From Eledone cirrhosa (lineage: Eukaryota): a stretch of DNA of 64,000 bases. How positions within the stretch are numbered: position 1 is the first letter of the stretch; every line of letters starts with the position of its first letter. The DNA lies in contig OZ024744.1 in assembly GCA_964016885.1 (NCBI GenBank), forward strand, positions 97,030,001-97,094,000. The letters are read 5' to 3'. The notes beneath the pieces were generated by a model. That model did not search any database and was not told the DNA's origin. It was given only the letters and a program-made list of their open reading frames with translations. Shown here piece by piece: positions 39,970 to 52,572 of this stretch. Made by a program: the position numbers and the translations under genes.

Positions 39970-40915
39970 CTAGCAGTAAAGCCCGGCGTTGCTCGGGGTC
40001 GCTCAGTAGCTGTGTTAAAGTTACAATGTTAAGTTTCTTTCTTGGCTTAAAAACTGTAGTGTCTACTGTGCAGACTTGCATGTGGTGTTTTTGATTAATA
40101 TTCCCTCAACCAACAATATGCCTTATGAAGTTAAGAAAACATAACGATAACCCGAATGTTATAACAAAAGAGGATGCTGGGGATAGAAACTGCACTGGTT
40201 ATTTATTAACAAAGATCGAAAATGTAAACACTGCAACGCAGAGAAAAACATTAGCGTAACCAAATTATCAGTTATGTCTGTCTGCACGCCTATATCACCT
40301 CTCTGCACGACTGTCTGTCTGCACGCCTATATCACCTCTCTGCACGACTGTCTGTCTGCACGCCTATATCACCTCTCTGCACGACTGTCTGTCTGCACGC
40401 CTATATCACCTCTCTGCACGACTATCTGTCTGCACGCCTATATCACCTCTCTGCACGACTTTCTGTCTGCACGACTGTCTGTCTGCACGCCTAACGACGA
40501 AATATTTGCTTGTTTTACGTAGTCTTTAAATAGACTTGTTTTCAAGTAAAAATATTGTTTTAAAATGCTTTTAAATGGAAATGAAGCAAAACGGAAGCTT
40601 AGTGTTCGAACTGATGAATTTTGCAGGTCAATATTTTGCTGGCTCGACGAAAGCCAGCGTAATTTTTTACGTAAGACGCTCAATGTAAACAGAACAAAGG
40701 GAAATAACTGATAACTTACGCTCAAAAATCGATACATTATATTCGATTTCGTCACATAGGGTGGGTCAATTTGAAATTTCTTTTTTTCCGATGTCTTCGC
40801 TAGGGCTCAATGTACAAGTATAGCAATTTCGGTGCAATTCCGTGAGAGATTCTAAGAGGAGATGTGTGCCAAAAATCGATAGACAGACAGACAACCACAG
40901 TTTTATATATATAGA
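39970..40915 (-). mobile_element. Non-autonomous Helitron
   Basis: Minus strand: A|TCtatatatataaaa...(gtct)n...hairpin cccgagcaacgccggg...CTAG|T; AT target and no TSD. Confidence 0.8.
40274..40492. repeat. 37-bp minisatellite (~5.5 copies) inside the Helitron
   Basis: Unit gtctgtctgcacgcctatatcacctctctgcacgact. Confidence 0.9.
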
Positions 40916-40917
40916 TT

Positions 40918-41070
40918 GCGACGAATTGGCGCAATCATTAGAACGCCCGATAGAATGATTTGCAGTATACTCTTCAGCTCTCTGTTTTCTGAGTTTAAAT
41001 CCCACCGAAGTCAACTTGTGCTTTTCATCCTTTCGAGGTCATAAAAAAAGTACCAGTCTAGTACTTGCGT
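40918..41070 (+). mobile_element. Deu/Nin-like SINE, diverged
   Basis: tggcgcaatcattag...gagtttaaatcc...ttttcatcctttcgaggtc. Confidence 0.7.
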
Positions 41071-42197
41071 CAATTCTTCTTCTTTATTTGTTTCTCTCTC
41101 CCATTCTCTCTCTCTCACACATACTCTCTCTCTCTCTCTCACTCTCTCTCTCTCTCTATATATATATATATCTTTCTCTGGAAGTATTCTGCTGAATTCA
41201 AACGTGGAGATTGATGGGCGGCCCCACCAGGTTTAAAATGCAACCCTAGAAACGCTGTATGTCAGTGTGGTGACCCTACGACACCTTCAGGGGTTACGGG
41301 ACCGTGCCATACTGTTAAGCATATGTTTGCCAATACTTTTCATATCTTAAATGAATTAGAGAAATAAAGTGTTTAAGTTAGTAAACACTGATAAGTGTGA
41401 CAACTTTAAAAGATAACACAAGAAAGTTATAGTATAACAATATTTTACCGTATCTTACCATATTCTTTTAGCATTCATCTCTCATATTACGTAATCCAGT
41501 GTTTTTAACTGAAGATTTACACCTAGCCCATAAATATTTTTTGCTTACCCTTTTTCCTGACAGACACCACCTATCCCACGAGGTACTTTCTAAGTGGTCG
41601 TTCATGCTAGAGATAACAGCCTAATTTGTCTCGAACCAGGCCCTTCTATCTCAGATAGAAAACGAAAAGACGGTGTACGCTGTAGTCGTACATATACAAT
41701 GATACATAAAGGTTTCTGCTGAAACGCCGTTAATCCGTTGATCCTAAGATCTGCTTGATTAGAGCTTACTGGGAGCTTATTAACAGATGTTTACCTTAAC
41801 GGATGTTTACCTTAATCTACTTCCAAACACAGTACTGCAGTTACATTCACTTCACCGGTTTCGCTCTCCGCTGCAACATCATTATTCCACCACGTGGTTT
41901 CAATTTCAATATCCAAACATCCACCATTCCTACTTCGACCTGGAATCTGCTAATCCGTAATGTAATACTAACGATGACGAATCATTTTTTTTATAGTATA
42001 GTCCACTAGGTGCCCCCCCACCCCACGGGGGGGGGGGGGTTAGATTTCCAAGAGCTTCTGGGGCCTGAGGGTATATGCTGCGGGCGGTTGACATGACATA
42101 ATAGTATATTTAATATTAAATGATACATATTATATATAAATATAGTCAAATAAAAAATATATAATATTTATTTATACATAGTATATATTATATTAGT

Positions 42198-42475
42198 GGA
42201 GGCACGTGGCCTAGTGGTAAGGGTGTTGGACTTACAATCATAATGTCGTGGGCTCGATTCCTGGGTTGCGTGTTGTGTTCTTGAGCACAACACTTCATTT
42301 CACGTTGCTCCAGTATACTCAGCTGAAAATGAGTACCAGCAATAGCTGGAGGTTTAACCCTGCGATGGACTGGCGTCCTGTCCAGGGGGGAGTCTTGTAC
42401 TCTCAGTCGCTTCCCGCCATGAAACCGGGATAAGCACCGGCCAAATGAGCCTTCTGGCTTAAGACAGACTTTAGA
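42198..42475 (+). mobile_element. CORE-type tRNA-derived SINE
   Basis: A-box tggcctagtgg, B-box ggctcgattcc, CORE-like gttcttgagcacaacacttcatttcacgttgctccag, then cctgcgatggactggcgtcctgtccagggg. Confidence 0.85.
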
Positions 42476-42599
42476 CTAGATATATTTTATTATATTATTT
42501 TATTTATTCATAGTATATATCGACAGTCGATCGACTTTCGTCAAACCGGTCCGAGCAAACAATGTTTCCGTTGGTCTTTCCAATTGCTAATACTCTCTA

Positions 42600-42740
42600 T
42601 CGGTCTCAACACCAGGTAGAAGGAACAACGGGAAATAAAGTGTCTTGCTCAAGGACATAACGCATCGCCCGGTCCGGGAATCGAACTCACAACCTCACGA
42701 TTGCGACTCCAGTTCTCTAACCACTCAGCCACGCGCCTTC
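42600..42740 (-). mobile_element. CORE-type SINE 5' half
   Basis: Minus strand: ggcgcgtggctgagtggttag...gagttcgattccc...gtccttgagcaagacactt. Confidence 0.8.
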
Positions 42741-45186
42741 ACTTAATACTGAACGCATTCTCATAGCTTCCATTCAACGCCACATGCGTGCCAGCATTCA
42801 CTCGACGTATTCCAGCATCCATTCCATGTGTTCCAGCATCCAGTTCATGTCTTCCAGTACCCAACACACGTGTTCCAGCATCCATTCCATGTGTTCCCGC
42901 ATCCCGTCCATGTCTTCCAGTACCCAACACACGTGTTCCAGCATCCATTCCATGTGTTCCCGCATCCCGTCCATGTCTTCCAGTACCCAACACACGTGTT
43001 CCAGCATCCATTCCATGTGTTCCAGCATCCAGTTCATATGTTCCAGCCTCCATTCCATGTGTTCCCGCATCCCGTCCATGTCTTCCAGTACCCAACGCAC
43101 GTGTTCCAGCCTCCATTCCATGTGTTCCCGCATCCCGTCCATGTCTTCCAGTACCCAACGCACGTGTTCCAGCCTCCATTCCATGTGTTCCCGCATCCCG
43201 TCCATGTCTTCCAGTACCCAACACACGTGTTCCAGCATCCATTCCATGTGTTTCCGCATCCCGTCCATGTCTTCCAGTACCCAACGCACGTGTTGCAGCA
43301 TCCATTCCATGTGTTCCCGCATCCCGTCCATGTCTTCCAGTACCCAACACACGTGTTCCAGCATCCATTCCATGTGTTCCAGCATCCAGTTCATATGTTC
43401 CAGCATCCATTCCATGTGTTCCCGCATCCCGTCCATGTCTTCCAGTACCCAACACACGTGTTCCAGCATCCAATCCATGTGTTCCAGCATCCAGTTCATA
43501 TGTTCCAGCATCCATTCCATGTGTTCCAGCATCCCGTCCATGTCTTCCAGTACCCAACACACGTGTTCCAGCATCCATTCCATGTGTTCCCGCATCCCGT
43601 CCATGTCTTCCAGTACCCAACGCACGTGTTCCAGCATCCATTCCATGTGTTCCCGCATCCCGTCCATGTCTTCCAGTACTCAACACACGTGTTCCAGCAT
43701 CCATTCCATGTGTTCCAGCATCCAGTTCATATGTTCCAGCATCCATTCCATGTGTTCCCGCATCCCGTCCATGTCTTCCAGTACCCAACACACGTGTTCC
43801 AGCATCCATTCCATGTGTTCCCGCATCCCGTCCATGTCTTCCAGTACCCAACGCACGTGTTCCAGCATCCATTCCATGTGTTCCAGCATCCCGTCCATGT
43901 CTTCCAGTACCCAACACACGTGTTCCAGCATCCATTCCATGTGTTCCCGCATCCCGTCCATGTCTTCCAGTACCCAACACACGTGTTCCAGCATCCATTC
44001 CATGTGTTCCCGCATCCCGTCCATGTCTTCCAGTACCCAACGCACGTGTTCCAGCATCCATTCCATGTGTTCCCGCATCCCGTCCATGTCTTCCAGTACC
44101 CAACGCACGTGTTCCAGCCTCCATTCCATGTGTTCCCGCATCCCGTCCATGTCTTCCAGTACCCAACACACGTATTCCAGCATCCATTCCATGTGTTCCC
44201 GCATCCCGTCCATGTCTTCCAGTACCCAACACACGTGTTCCAGCATCCATTCCATGTGTTCCAGCATCCAGTTCATATGTTCCAGCATCCATTCCATGTG
44301 TTCCCGCATCCCGTCCATGTCTTCCAGTACCCAACACACGTGTTCCAGCATCCATTCCATGTGTTCCCGCATCCCGTCCATGTCTTCCAGTACCCAACAC
44401 ACGTGTTCCAGCATCCATTCCATGTGTTCCCGCATCCCGTCCATGTCTTCCAGTACCCAACGCACGTGTTCCAGCATCCATTCCATGTGTTCCAGCATCC
44501 CGTCCATGTCTTCCAGTACCCAACACACGTGTTCCAGCATCCATTCCATGTGTTCCCGCATCCCGTCCATGTCTTCCAGTACCCAACACACGTGTTCCAG
44601 CATCCATTCCATGTGTTCCCGCATCCCGTCCATGTCTTCCAGTACCCAACGCACGTGTTCCAGCCTCCATTCCATGTGTTCCCGCATCCCGTCCATGTCT
44701 TCCAGTACCCAACACACGTATTCCAGCATCCATTCCATGTGTTCCCGCATCTCGTCCATGTCTTCCAGTACCCAACACACGTATTCCAGCATCCATTCCA
44801 TGTGTTCCAGCATCCCGTCCATGTCTTCCAGTACCCAACACACGTATTCCAGCATTCATTCCATGTGTTCCCGCATCCCGTCCATGTCTTCCAGTACCCA
44901 ACACACGTATTCCAGCATCCATTCCATGTGTTCCAGCATCCCGTCCATGTCTTCCAGTACCCAACACACGTGTTCCAGCATCCATTCCATGTGTTCCCGC
45001 ATCCCGTCCATGTCTTCCAGTACCCAACACACGTGTTCCAGCATCCATTCCATGTGTTCCCGCATCCCGTCCATGTCTTCCAGTACCCAACACACGTGTT
45101 CCAGCATCCAATGCATGTGTTCCAAAGTGTTCTGTCTGAACGGACACATTGGATAGTCCCGGTGTGTATTTTTCTTCCATTTGCAA
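42739..45186 (-). CDS. Possible heptad-repeat low-complexity protein or exon (HGMDAGT-RVLGTGR-HGRDAGT); coding status uncertain
   Basis: 815-aa ORF with short unique in-frame flanks, but nearly all frames are open because the unit lacks stops. Confidence 0.2.
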   Translation of the reverse strand: MQMEEKYTPGLSNVSVQTEHFGTHALDAGTRVLGTGRHGRDAGTHGMDAGTRVLGTGRHGRDAGTHGMDAGTRVLGTGRHGRDAGTHGMDAGIRVLGTGRHGRDAGTHGMNAGIRVLGTGRHGRDAGTHGMDAGIRVLGTGRHGRDAGTHGMDAGIRVLGTGRHGRDAGTHGMEAGTRALGTGRHGRDAGTHGMDAGTRVLGTGRHGRDAGTHGMDAGTRVLGTGRHGRDAGTHGMDAGTRALGTGRHGRDAGTHGMDAGTRVLGTGRHGRDAGTHGMDAGTRVLGTGRHGRDAGTHGMDAGTYELDAGTHGMDAGTRVLGTGRHGRDAGTHGMDAGIRVLGTGRHGRDAGTHGMEAGTRALGTGRHGRDAGTHGMDAGTRALGTGRHGRDAGTHGMDAGTRVLGTGRHGRDAGTHGMDAGTRVLGTGRHGRDAGTHGMDAGTRALGTGRHGRDAGTHGMDAGTRVLGTGRHGRDAGTHGMDAGTYELDAGTHGMDAGTRVLSTGRHGRDAGTHGMDAGTRALGTGRHGRDAGTHGMDAGTRVLGTGRHGRDAGTHGMDAGTYELDAGTHGLDAGTRVLGTGRHGRDAGTHGMDAGTYELDAGTHGMDAGTRVLGTGRHGRDAGTHGMDAATRALGTGRHGRDAETHGMDAGTRVLGTGRHGRDAGTHGMEAGTRALGTGRHGRDAGTHGMEAGTRALGTGRHGRDAGTHGMEAGTYELDAGTHGMDAGTRVLGTGRHGRDAGTHGMDAGTRVLGTGRHGRDAGTHGMDAGTRVLGTGRHELDAGTHGMDAGIRRVNAGTHVALNGSYENAFSIK
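42790..45130. repeat. 63-bp (3 x 21-bp) minisatellite, ~2.3 kb
   Basis: gttccagcatccattccatgt + gttcccgcatcccgtccatgt + cttccagtacccaacacacgt, with occasional gttccagcatccagttcatat subunits. Confidence 0.95.
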
Positions 45187-45274
45187 CCCTGAACTCTTTC
45201 TTTACAACGCGACAGCACGGGTAATGTATTCTACCTATTCTCAGGATATCTTCCCATCACACCCAATGCATGTA

Positions 45275-45466
45275 ATTGTTTCTTATTTTGGCACAAGGCT
45301 AGCTAGCAATTACCCAGTACATTACTGGTACTTTATTTTATCGACCCCGTAAGGATGAAAGGCAAAGTTAACCTCGACGGGATTTGAACTCAGAACATAA
45401 AGGGACGTAACTATGCTAGAACGCATGGCGTCCAACCCTCTACCGATACTGTCAATTCACCGCCCT
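45275..45466 (-). mobile_element. Deu/Nin-like SINE
   Basis: Reverse complement of the family consensus. Confidence 0.85.
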
Positions 45467-45844
45467 TTATACATATAATATCGTCACTTACCCTACTAAC
45501 TATAACTAAAGATCCGCCCTTCTCTGATTCTCAGCGCTTATTCATAGAGTTATTCATTTTCAAAGTTGAACACTGCTGTTGGATACGGTTAGACTAGTAC
45601 CTCCTCCAGGTGTACAAGAGCACGTTTCCATTTCTTTTCTATTGCCTCTTGTCCTGGTCAGTACACTGACAATTTTTACTGATTTTAATCGTTTTGTTGA
45701 ACCGCCTCGTCTGTTGAGTACCACTAATCTGTGCGTTCAAGTCACCCATCGGCAGTTTGAGACCTGTTGAGCTGCTGAAACACGGAAGCCGAAGTATTGT
45801 CTTATAGAACATGTTTCAAGAAGATAATTACTCTTTGACATAAC

Positions 45845-46010
45845 TGTTTCTACTTTAGGCACAAGGCCAGCAATTACCCAGTGCATTACTGGTACTTTAT
45901 TTTATCGACCCCGTAAGGATGAAAGGCAAAGTCAACCTCGGCGGGATTTGAACTCAGATCGTAAAGAGACGTAACTATGCTGGAAAGCATGGCGTCCGAC
46001 CCTCTACCGA
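45845..46010 (-). mobile_element. Deu/Nin-like SINE
   Basis: Reverse complement of the family consensus. Confidence 0.85.
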
Positions 46011-46134
46011 TTACTCTTTGACATAACGTTTTGTAGTTGTTGTTGTCAGTAATGCTGTTTGATAGTTGGGAATAGACTGACAAACTTCAATTGAATTCTC
46101 AGAAACATAGGCAGTAATGTGACAGAACTCTATA

Positions 46135-46548
46135 GATAATGAACACAACCACAAGGATACGGCCCGAACGTGGAAGAGCCGAACTCCCACTGTCATCGCC
46201 TCCATCCCTCTTGCCCTCCCCATGTCTCTGTATGGTGAGCAAATGGAGTCCATGTGCTGGCCTCCCCACAGCCCCGGCGGACAGAATGGAGAAGGGATAT
46301 GCGCTGGAAGAGCCATTCCAACTCGCGAGGCTCACACCTGCGGCTGGCCAGCTCAGCGCCTATGGTGGTGAATAGGGAGGTAGCCCTGAGGTCAAGAAGT
46401 CTCCTCTGCCAAGGGCACGACCGCAAACCTGTCGGAGAGTGACCGGTACTTGGAGGGTTTGACCTCCTCGGCCTGACGTGCAGCAGAACCTGCGTTAGAG
46501 GCAGACTGCATCAGGTTGCGGCTGGAGAAAGTGTCGCTGCAAGTGGTC
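46135..46548 (-). pseudogene. CRE-like element 3' end (restriction-like endonuclease)
   Basis: TCSDTF...AGSAARQAEEVK.SKY..L...VPLAEETS...RELEWLFQRIS. Confidence 0.75.
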
Positions 46549-46900
46549 CCGGTCAGTACGCTGACAAATTTGTATTGATTTTTAATCATGTCGTTGAACC
46601 GCCTCTTCTGTTGAGCTACCACTAAGCTGTGCGTTCATGCCACCCATCGGCAGTTTGAGACCTGTTGAGCTGCTGAAACACGGAAACAGAAGTATTGTGA
46701 CATCATTGACCGAACTGCTGGACAACTGTTGGTAATAACTGTGTATCTCAGAAGAATAACAGATGATGTTGTTCTCTGTTCCTTGAACTATCTCCATGAC
46801 CTTCGTTTTTACGGTCTTTGTTAATTCTGTTTATTTAGTCACTTCACTCTGGTGCTGAGCTAACTTTTGGAGGTAGCCTTTGGATACTATTTTATACAGG
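46548..46900 (-). pseudogene. Decayed RTE-like APE endonuclease fragment; partial duplicate at ~45650-45800
   Basis: IICYS...YYQQLSS...MG(D/G)(L/M)NAQ matches the GDFNA motif region. Confidence 0.5.
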
Positions 46901-47508
46901 AACCAATACTTTCTCCTCATGAAACATTGAAGTAAATTATTTTTTGTTTAAATTGTATGTATTTTTTGTACCGTTCCGAGCACCGCTAACCATCAATGAT
47001 TTGTCTATAACCTATCTTTTATTGAAAACCACAATCCCAACACCTTTCACTCGGACCACCATAGTTGATGAGAGCAACTCATATAATCACACCTTAGTCT
47101 TGCACTCCTCCCGATCCCACACACACACCCAGACCAATGGCAATGAGCAAAGAAAGGAACTTTTCTGCGGTCATTCGACTTGCTGGAAAAAGCAGCAAAA
47201 CTTCTCTCGAATAAAAACTTGTCCTTTGAAAATGGAAGGACTCGTTGTTTAATGTACTTCTAGATATACAAAACCATCTAATGGAAATGCTCAAGGACCT
47301 TTATCATAGGCCTTCTAAATCAGAGTTACTATGAGACTACTATAATAACAATAACAACCACCACCACAGCCACGACAACAACATCTTAACGCTACATTTA
47401 TTCCTGTCTGACACACTAACTCATCAAACGTACTTACTTCTTTCTTAACACCAAACAACGCCACATTGCTTACCGGATTCAGCACTGCTTAACCAAAGCA
47501 AACCATCC

Positions 47509-47620
<112 letters not shown>

Positions 47621-47710
47621 GTAATTCCGTCGGAAAGGTCCAGGAAAAAGAGTGCTCTATGTGGGTTACAGAGCTTAATAGTTATGTAATAAACAACATA
47701 AGGCAATTAT

Positions 47711-47769
47711 TTCATTTACCAGTGGTTTCTTGAAAGCAAACAAATTTTGCTTTCAATCATCATAATGAA
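47711..47769 (-). ncRNA. Degenerate hammerhead (family I)
   Basis: Core ATGATGA; long stem II; GAAACC act GGT A. Confidence 0.55.
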
Positions 47770-47872
47770 AAAATCCTGGTGTATTTATTGACATTGGATT
47801 TTAAAAACAAAAATATAATCTATATGAAAGTGAGGCTGGAAAAGGAAGAAGGAAAGGAAAAATAAACACACA

Positions 47873-47919
<47 letters not shown>

Positions 47920-48047
47920 ACACAATTACATACACACACATATATACATACACATATATATACATATACATACACACACACATATATATATATATATACA
48001 TATATGTAATATATAAGAACAAAAGATGGTTAAAAGAGTTCCATGTA

Positions 48048-48114
48048 TTTTATTATGCGCATTTCAAAAACAAATATCATCATGCAATAATATTTGTGTT
48101 TTCATCAGATAAAA
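48048..48114 (-). ncRNA. Hammerhead ribozyme (family L)
   Basis: Minus strand: ttttat CTGATGA aaacacaaatatt...gatatttgttttt GAAATG cg CAT A ataaaa. Confidence 0.7.
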
Positions 48115-48591
48115 CAGGAAGACATGAGATGAAGGTTAAAAAACACTTGTGGATAGTGCAGTTTTAAATCAGCATATTTAAATCTACAAATTGTAGAATG
48201 CTTCTTATCCGATATCTGCATTGCTTTATTGTACTACAATAAAACTCACCTCCTACATATATACATATATGTATATATATACATACACATACATATACAT
48301 ATACATACATACACACATATATATCAACATATCCATACATACACATACACACAAATAGTTATAAGAAAAAATATAATAATAAAAATACCGTCACATAAGA
48401 ATAAAAAATAAATGTTAGAATTATTATAAAGTTGACAGCGATACAGGCAACAAATAAATGAACAAACACACGTGGTAAGCAATACACACAATTGCACATA
48501 CACATACATACATAAAAATAAATACATGGACACACACACATACACATACATATACATACACACACACACATATATACATATATACATATAT

Positions 48592-48720
<129 letters not shown>

Positions 48721-48835
48721 CATACATATACCCAAACACATACATACAAATACATACACACACATATGTATGTGTGTGAAACTCATTCTTAGATGTATTC
48801 ATATGAACCTTGTTTAACTCTTAATATATACATAC

Positions 48836-48916
<81 letters not shown>

Positions 48917-49127
48917 ATTTATAAGATCAAAAGATGGTTAAATGAGTTCCATGTATTTTATTATGCGCATTTCAAAAACAATAATAAATGCGCATAATAA
49001 AATACATGGAACTCATTTAACCATCTTTTGATCTTATATATTATGTATACTCCAGTCCTACAAACTGTAGAGTGCTTCTTATCCGATATCTGCATTGCTT
49101 TATTGTACTACAATAAAACTCACCTCC

Positions 49128-49219
<92 letters not shown>

Positions 49220-49682
49220 AAAGTTCTATTTAAAATTGTTGGGATACAACAAGTAAATATTTTTATAACTGATATAAAGCACTCGACAAGTATTTGGAGT
49301 AGATATACGATATTAATAAATGGAAACTATATATATAATCTCCCTCTCTCTATATATAACATTTCTCTCTCTTGAGTTTTCTATCTGTCTGTTGACCTAA
49401 TATCTCTGTTGCTTTCCTCTGTTTTTCTTATGTCTTCCTTTTTTCTTCTTTCTTCCTTTCCTCCTGTCTTTACTTATCTCTTTCTTTTTTCTTCATGCAT
49501 CTCTTTCTCTCTCTCCGATATTTCTCCACGTTTTTTCTTTCTCTCCGTCTTTTTGTAATTGTCCTTAACACTATGACTTATTAAAGTAATATAAACAATT
49601 CACTATCCGGATGACTTCCAAAAACAATGGTTGCATTTTAATAGGGTACGTCAAAGCTTATTTGTAAAACTGTTATATATTG

Positions 49683-49748
49683 TATTTTGTCTGATGAGGG
49701 CATACCATAATTTAATTTAATATCCCTGAAATATGTATAATGAAATAA
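49683..49748 (+). ncRNA. Hammerhead ribozyme (family C)
   Basis: tattttgt CTGATGA ggg...ccct GAAATATGTAT A atgaaata. Confidence 0.6.
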
Positions 49749-50007
49749 ATATGGTTTGATAAATATAGTTTCCATTTATTAATATCGTATATATATATAT
49801 AAGTATGTACACGTACATACATATATGTATACATATATATATGTGTGTGCATGTATATATACATACATGCACACACATATATATATGTACGTATGGATTC
49901 ACCGAACATTTATTATAATGCTCGATGTGTTTGTAAACAAACATCCCGTATTAAGCCGTAGTGTCTAGCAACCATCGTTGCTCGTTTGCTCAACACTGAC
50001 AAAGGAA

Positions 50008-50048
50008 CGCTGTAGTAGTTTCAAGCTTATTAGCTATCGTCAGCAACG
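50008..50048 (-). ncRNA. Hammerhead ribozyme (family H), within unit ~49800-50240
   Basis: Minus strand: cgttg CTGACGA t agct aata agct t GAAAC ta CT A cagcg. Confidence 0.65.
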
Positions 50049-50578
50049 TATACCTTCCTGCCAGATTGTTGAACGTATATACTTACCTTATGCATATTAA
50101 CGGCTGAGTAGCCCAATTTGCATATCGAGTGGGTTAATCGGCCGGGTGCACCGTAAACGTTAAACGGAAAAAATGAAACGAAATTTCATTTCCCACTCTT
50201 AGTACAGCTGTTACTTAAATATAAGTATGTACACGTACACACAAATAAGACCGAGATCTTCAGATGTTGTCCTCACCTGAAATCACATCTGATCTGTAAC
50301 TGGATTGATATTCCTACGATAACTCAACCACCTTGAACTTCTTCTCTGCTCTCTACGCCTTACATCCCCTACGATTTTTTTACCTTCTGAATTCACTTTC
50401 TGTACTCTTATATTCCGTTTCTCCCTTATCTCCCCCTTATATTTAAACTTTTTCCTATGTCATTTATTTTCCTTATACCCCCCCCCCCCCCCTACTTTCT
50501 ACCTTACCCTTCATATACCCACCTTTTTTATTTTTAGATATTTATTTCTGTGTGTGTATGTGTTGCGCATATGTGTAT

Positions 50579-50623
<45 letters not shown>

Positions 50624-50772
50624 ATACTTTGGGAGGGTCATGTTGCCAATAAGAAACACACGCACCAGTTGCTTTCACTTCAATTTATTATAATAAATTT
50701 ATAATAAATTTATAAATTTATAAATTTCTGGTTGGTTGGTTGGTTCCACAACCAGATAATTGTTTATATATT

Positions 50773-50815
50773 GTCATAGTTCTTTCGTCACACACTCTGT
50801 GACCTCTTCAGTGAC
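50773..50815 (-). ncRNA. Hammerhead ribozyme (family G) in inverted pseudo-LTR
   Basis: Minus strand: gtca CTGAAGA g gtcaca gagtg tgtgac GAAAG aa CT A tgac. Confidence 0.7.
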
Positions 50816-50879
50816 TGGGGATTCCTTTCTTTGTTTCTGTGCCTTTCCTTTGTTCTGTCCTACTCCATTTTGTTTCTGG

Positions 50880-51537
50880 GCATAATGACATAAATGGGAC
50901 CTGCCCCTTGTATAGGAGCAAATTTTGGAATAGAATAGAAAGAACTAGGAACAAGGCTAATAGAATAAACTCATGGTATGATAGCAATAAATACCAGAGT
51001 GTAATGTTCATCGATACAACCCCTAGAGGGGAATTAGCTTACAAATTTAGAAGGTCCCTAAACAAACATAAACTCAATATTAAGATAGTAGAAAGACCAG
51101 GTACCTCCGTAAAAACACTTATTAGCAAGACATACCCTTTTCAAAGACCCTCATGTATAGATAAGAAATGTATAACCTGTAAAATAAGCCCCCATATTAA
51201 CTGCAAAACTAGAAATGTAGTGTATAGCATAAGATGTACTGAAGGACAATGTAGAGACAAAAATATTGTGTACATAGGTGAGACAGCTCGTAGTGTAGGA
51301 GAACGGATAAATGAACACTGGCGAGACCTTCAAGATAGTAAAGAATCATCTGTACTCTACCAACATGCTAAAATAGAACACAAGGGTAAATTAGAGAACA
51401 TAGAAATAAAAATAAAATCTACACACAGAAAAGACGCAATGTTTAGACAAATTACAGAGGCAATAAACATAAAAGAATTACAACCAAAATTAAATAGAAA
51501 ATATGAGTGGAACAGCAACATCACAACTTACAATTAA
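50880..51537 (+). pseudogene. PLE C-terminal GIY-YIG endonuclease (Nematis-like), 5'-truncated; element spans ~50620-51790 with inverted pseudo-LTR
   Basis: MFIDTTPRGEL...IKIVERPG...C...CITC...CKTRNVVYSIRC..C...YIGETARS..ERINEH...RQITEAI.I...LNRK.EW. Confidence 0.9.
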
Positions 51538-51804
51538 GGACAAAATGAAAACACACACACAGAACAAACAACCAACCAGTAACATGTAAATAAACAAATA
51601 AATAAATGAACATAAACACACACAGACACCCGGGTGTGGCGCATGCGCAGACTGAGCACACAACACACACACAGAAACATAATAACTTGAAGTGTTTCTT
51701 ATTGGCAACATGACCCTCCCAAAGTATAACAATATCGGTTTCAACACACGATTTCAGATAAAGAATCTTGCTAAACAAATTCAGAAACGAAATATATATA
51801 TATA

Positions 51805-52145
51805 TATATATAATATAAGATCAAAAGATGGTTAAAGGAGTTCCATGTATCTTATTATGCGCATTTCAAAAACAAACATCATCATGCAATAATATTTGTG
51901 TTTTCATCAGATAAAACAGGAGAACATGATATGAAGGCTAAAAAACACTTGTGGATAGTGCAGTTTTAAATCAATATGTTGATTTAAAACTGCACTATCC
52001 ACAAGTGTTTTTTAGCCTTCATATCATGTTCTCCTGTTTTATCTGATGAAAACACAAATATTATTGCATGATGATGTTTGTTTTTGAAATGCGCATAATA
52101 AAATACATGGAACTCCTTTAACCATCTTTTGATCTTATATTATGT
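51805..52145. repeat. ~340-bp near-perfect palindrome carrying a family L hammerhead on each strand (51852-51916 minus; 52037-52103 plus)
   Basis: Centre aaaatcaatatgttgattt; arms are reverse complements. Confidence 0.9.
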
Positions 52146-52229
52146 ATACTCCAGTACTACAAACTGTATAGTGCTTCTTATCCGATATCTGCATTGCTTT
52201 ATTGTACTACAATAAAACTCACCTCCTAC

Positions 52230-52261
<32 letters not shown>

Positions 52262-52336
52262 ATGTATGTTTATATATATATCTGTATGTATATGTATGTG
52301 TGTATATAATTGTATTTTATATGCTTCTGTTGTATT

Positions 52337-52377
<41 letters not shown>

Positions 52378-52528
52378 ATACTTTGGGAGGGTCATGTTGC
52401 CAATAAGAAACACACGCACCAGTTGCTTTCACTTCAATTTAATTTATTATATATTTATAAATTTACAAATTTATAAATTTCTGGTTGGTTGGTTGGTTCC
52501 ACAACCAGATAGTTGTTTATATATATAT

Positions 52529-52572
52529 AGTCATAGTTCTTTCGTCACACACTCTGTGACCTCTTCAGTGAC
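52529..52572 (-). ncRNA. Hammerhead ribozyme (family G)
   Basis: Same as 50773-50815. Confidence 0.7.

Noticed and set aside
42784-45224. Plus-strand 783-798-aa ORFs as real overlapping genes
   Set aside because: Expected from a stop-free 21-bp-multiple repeat; no independent support
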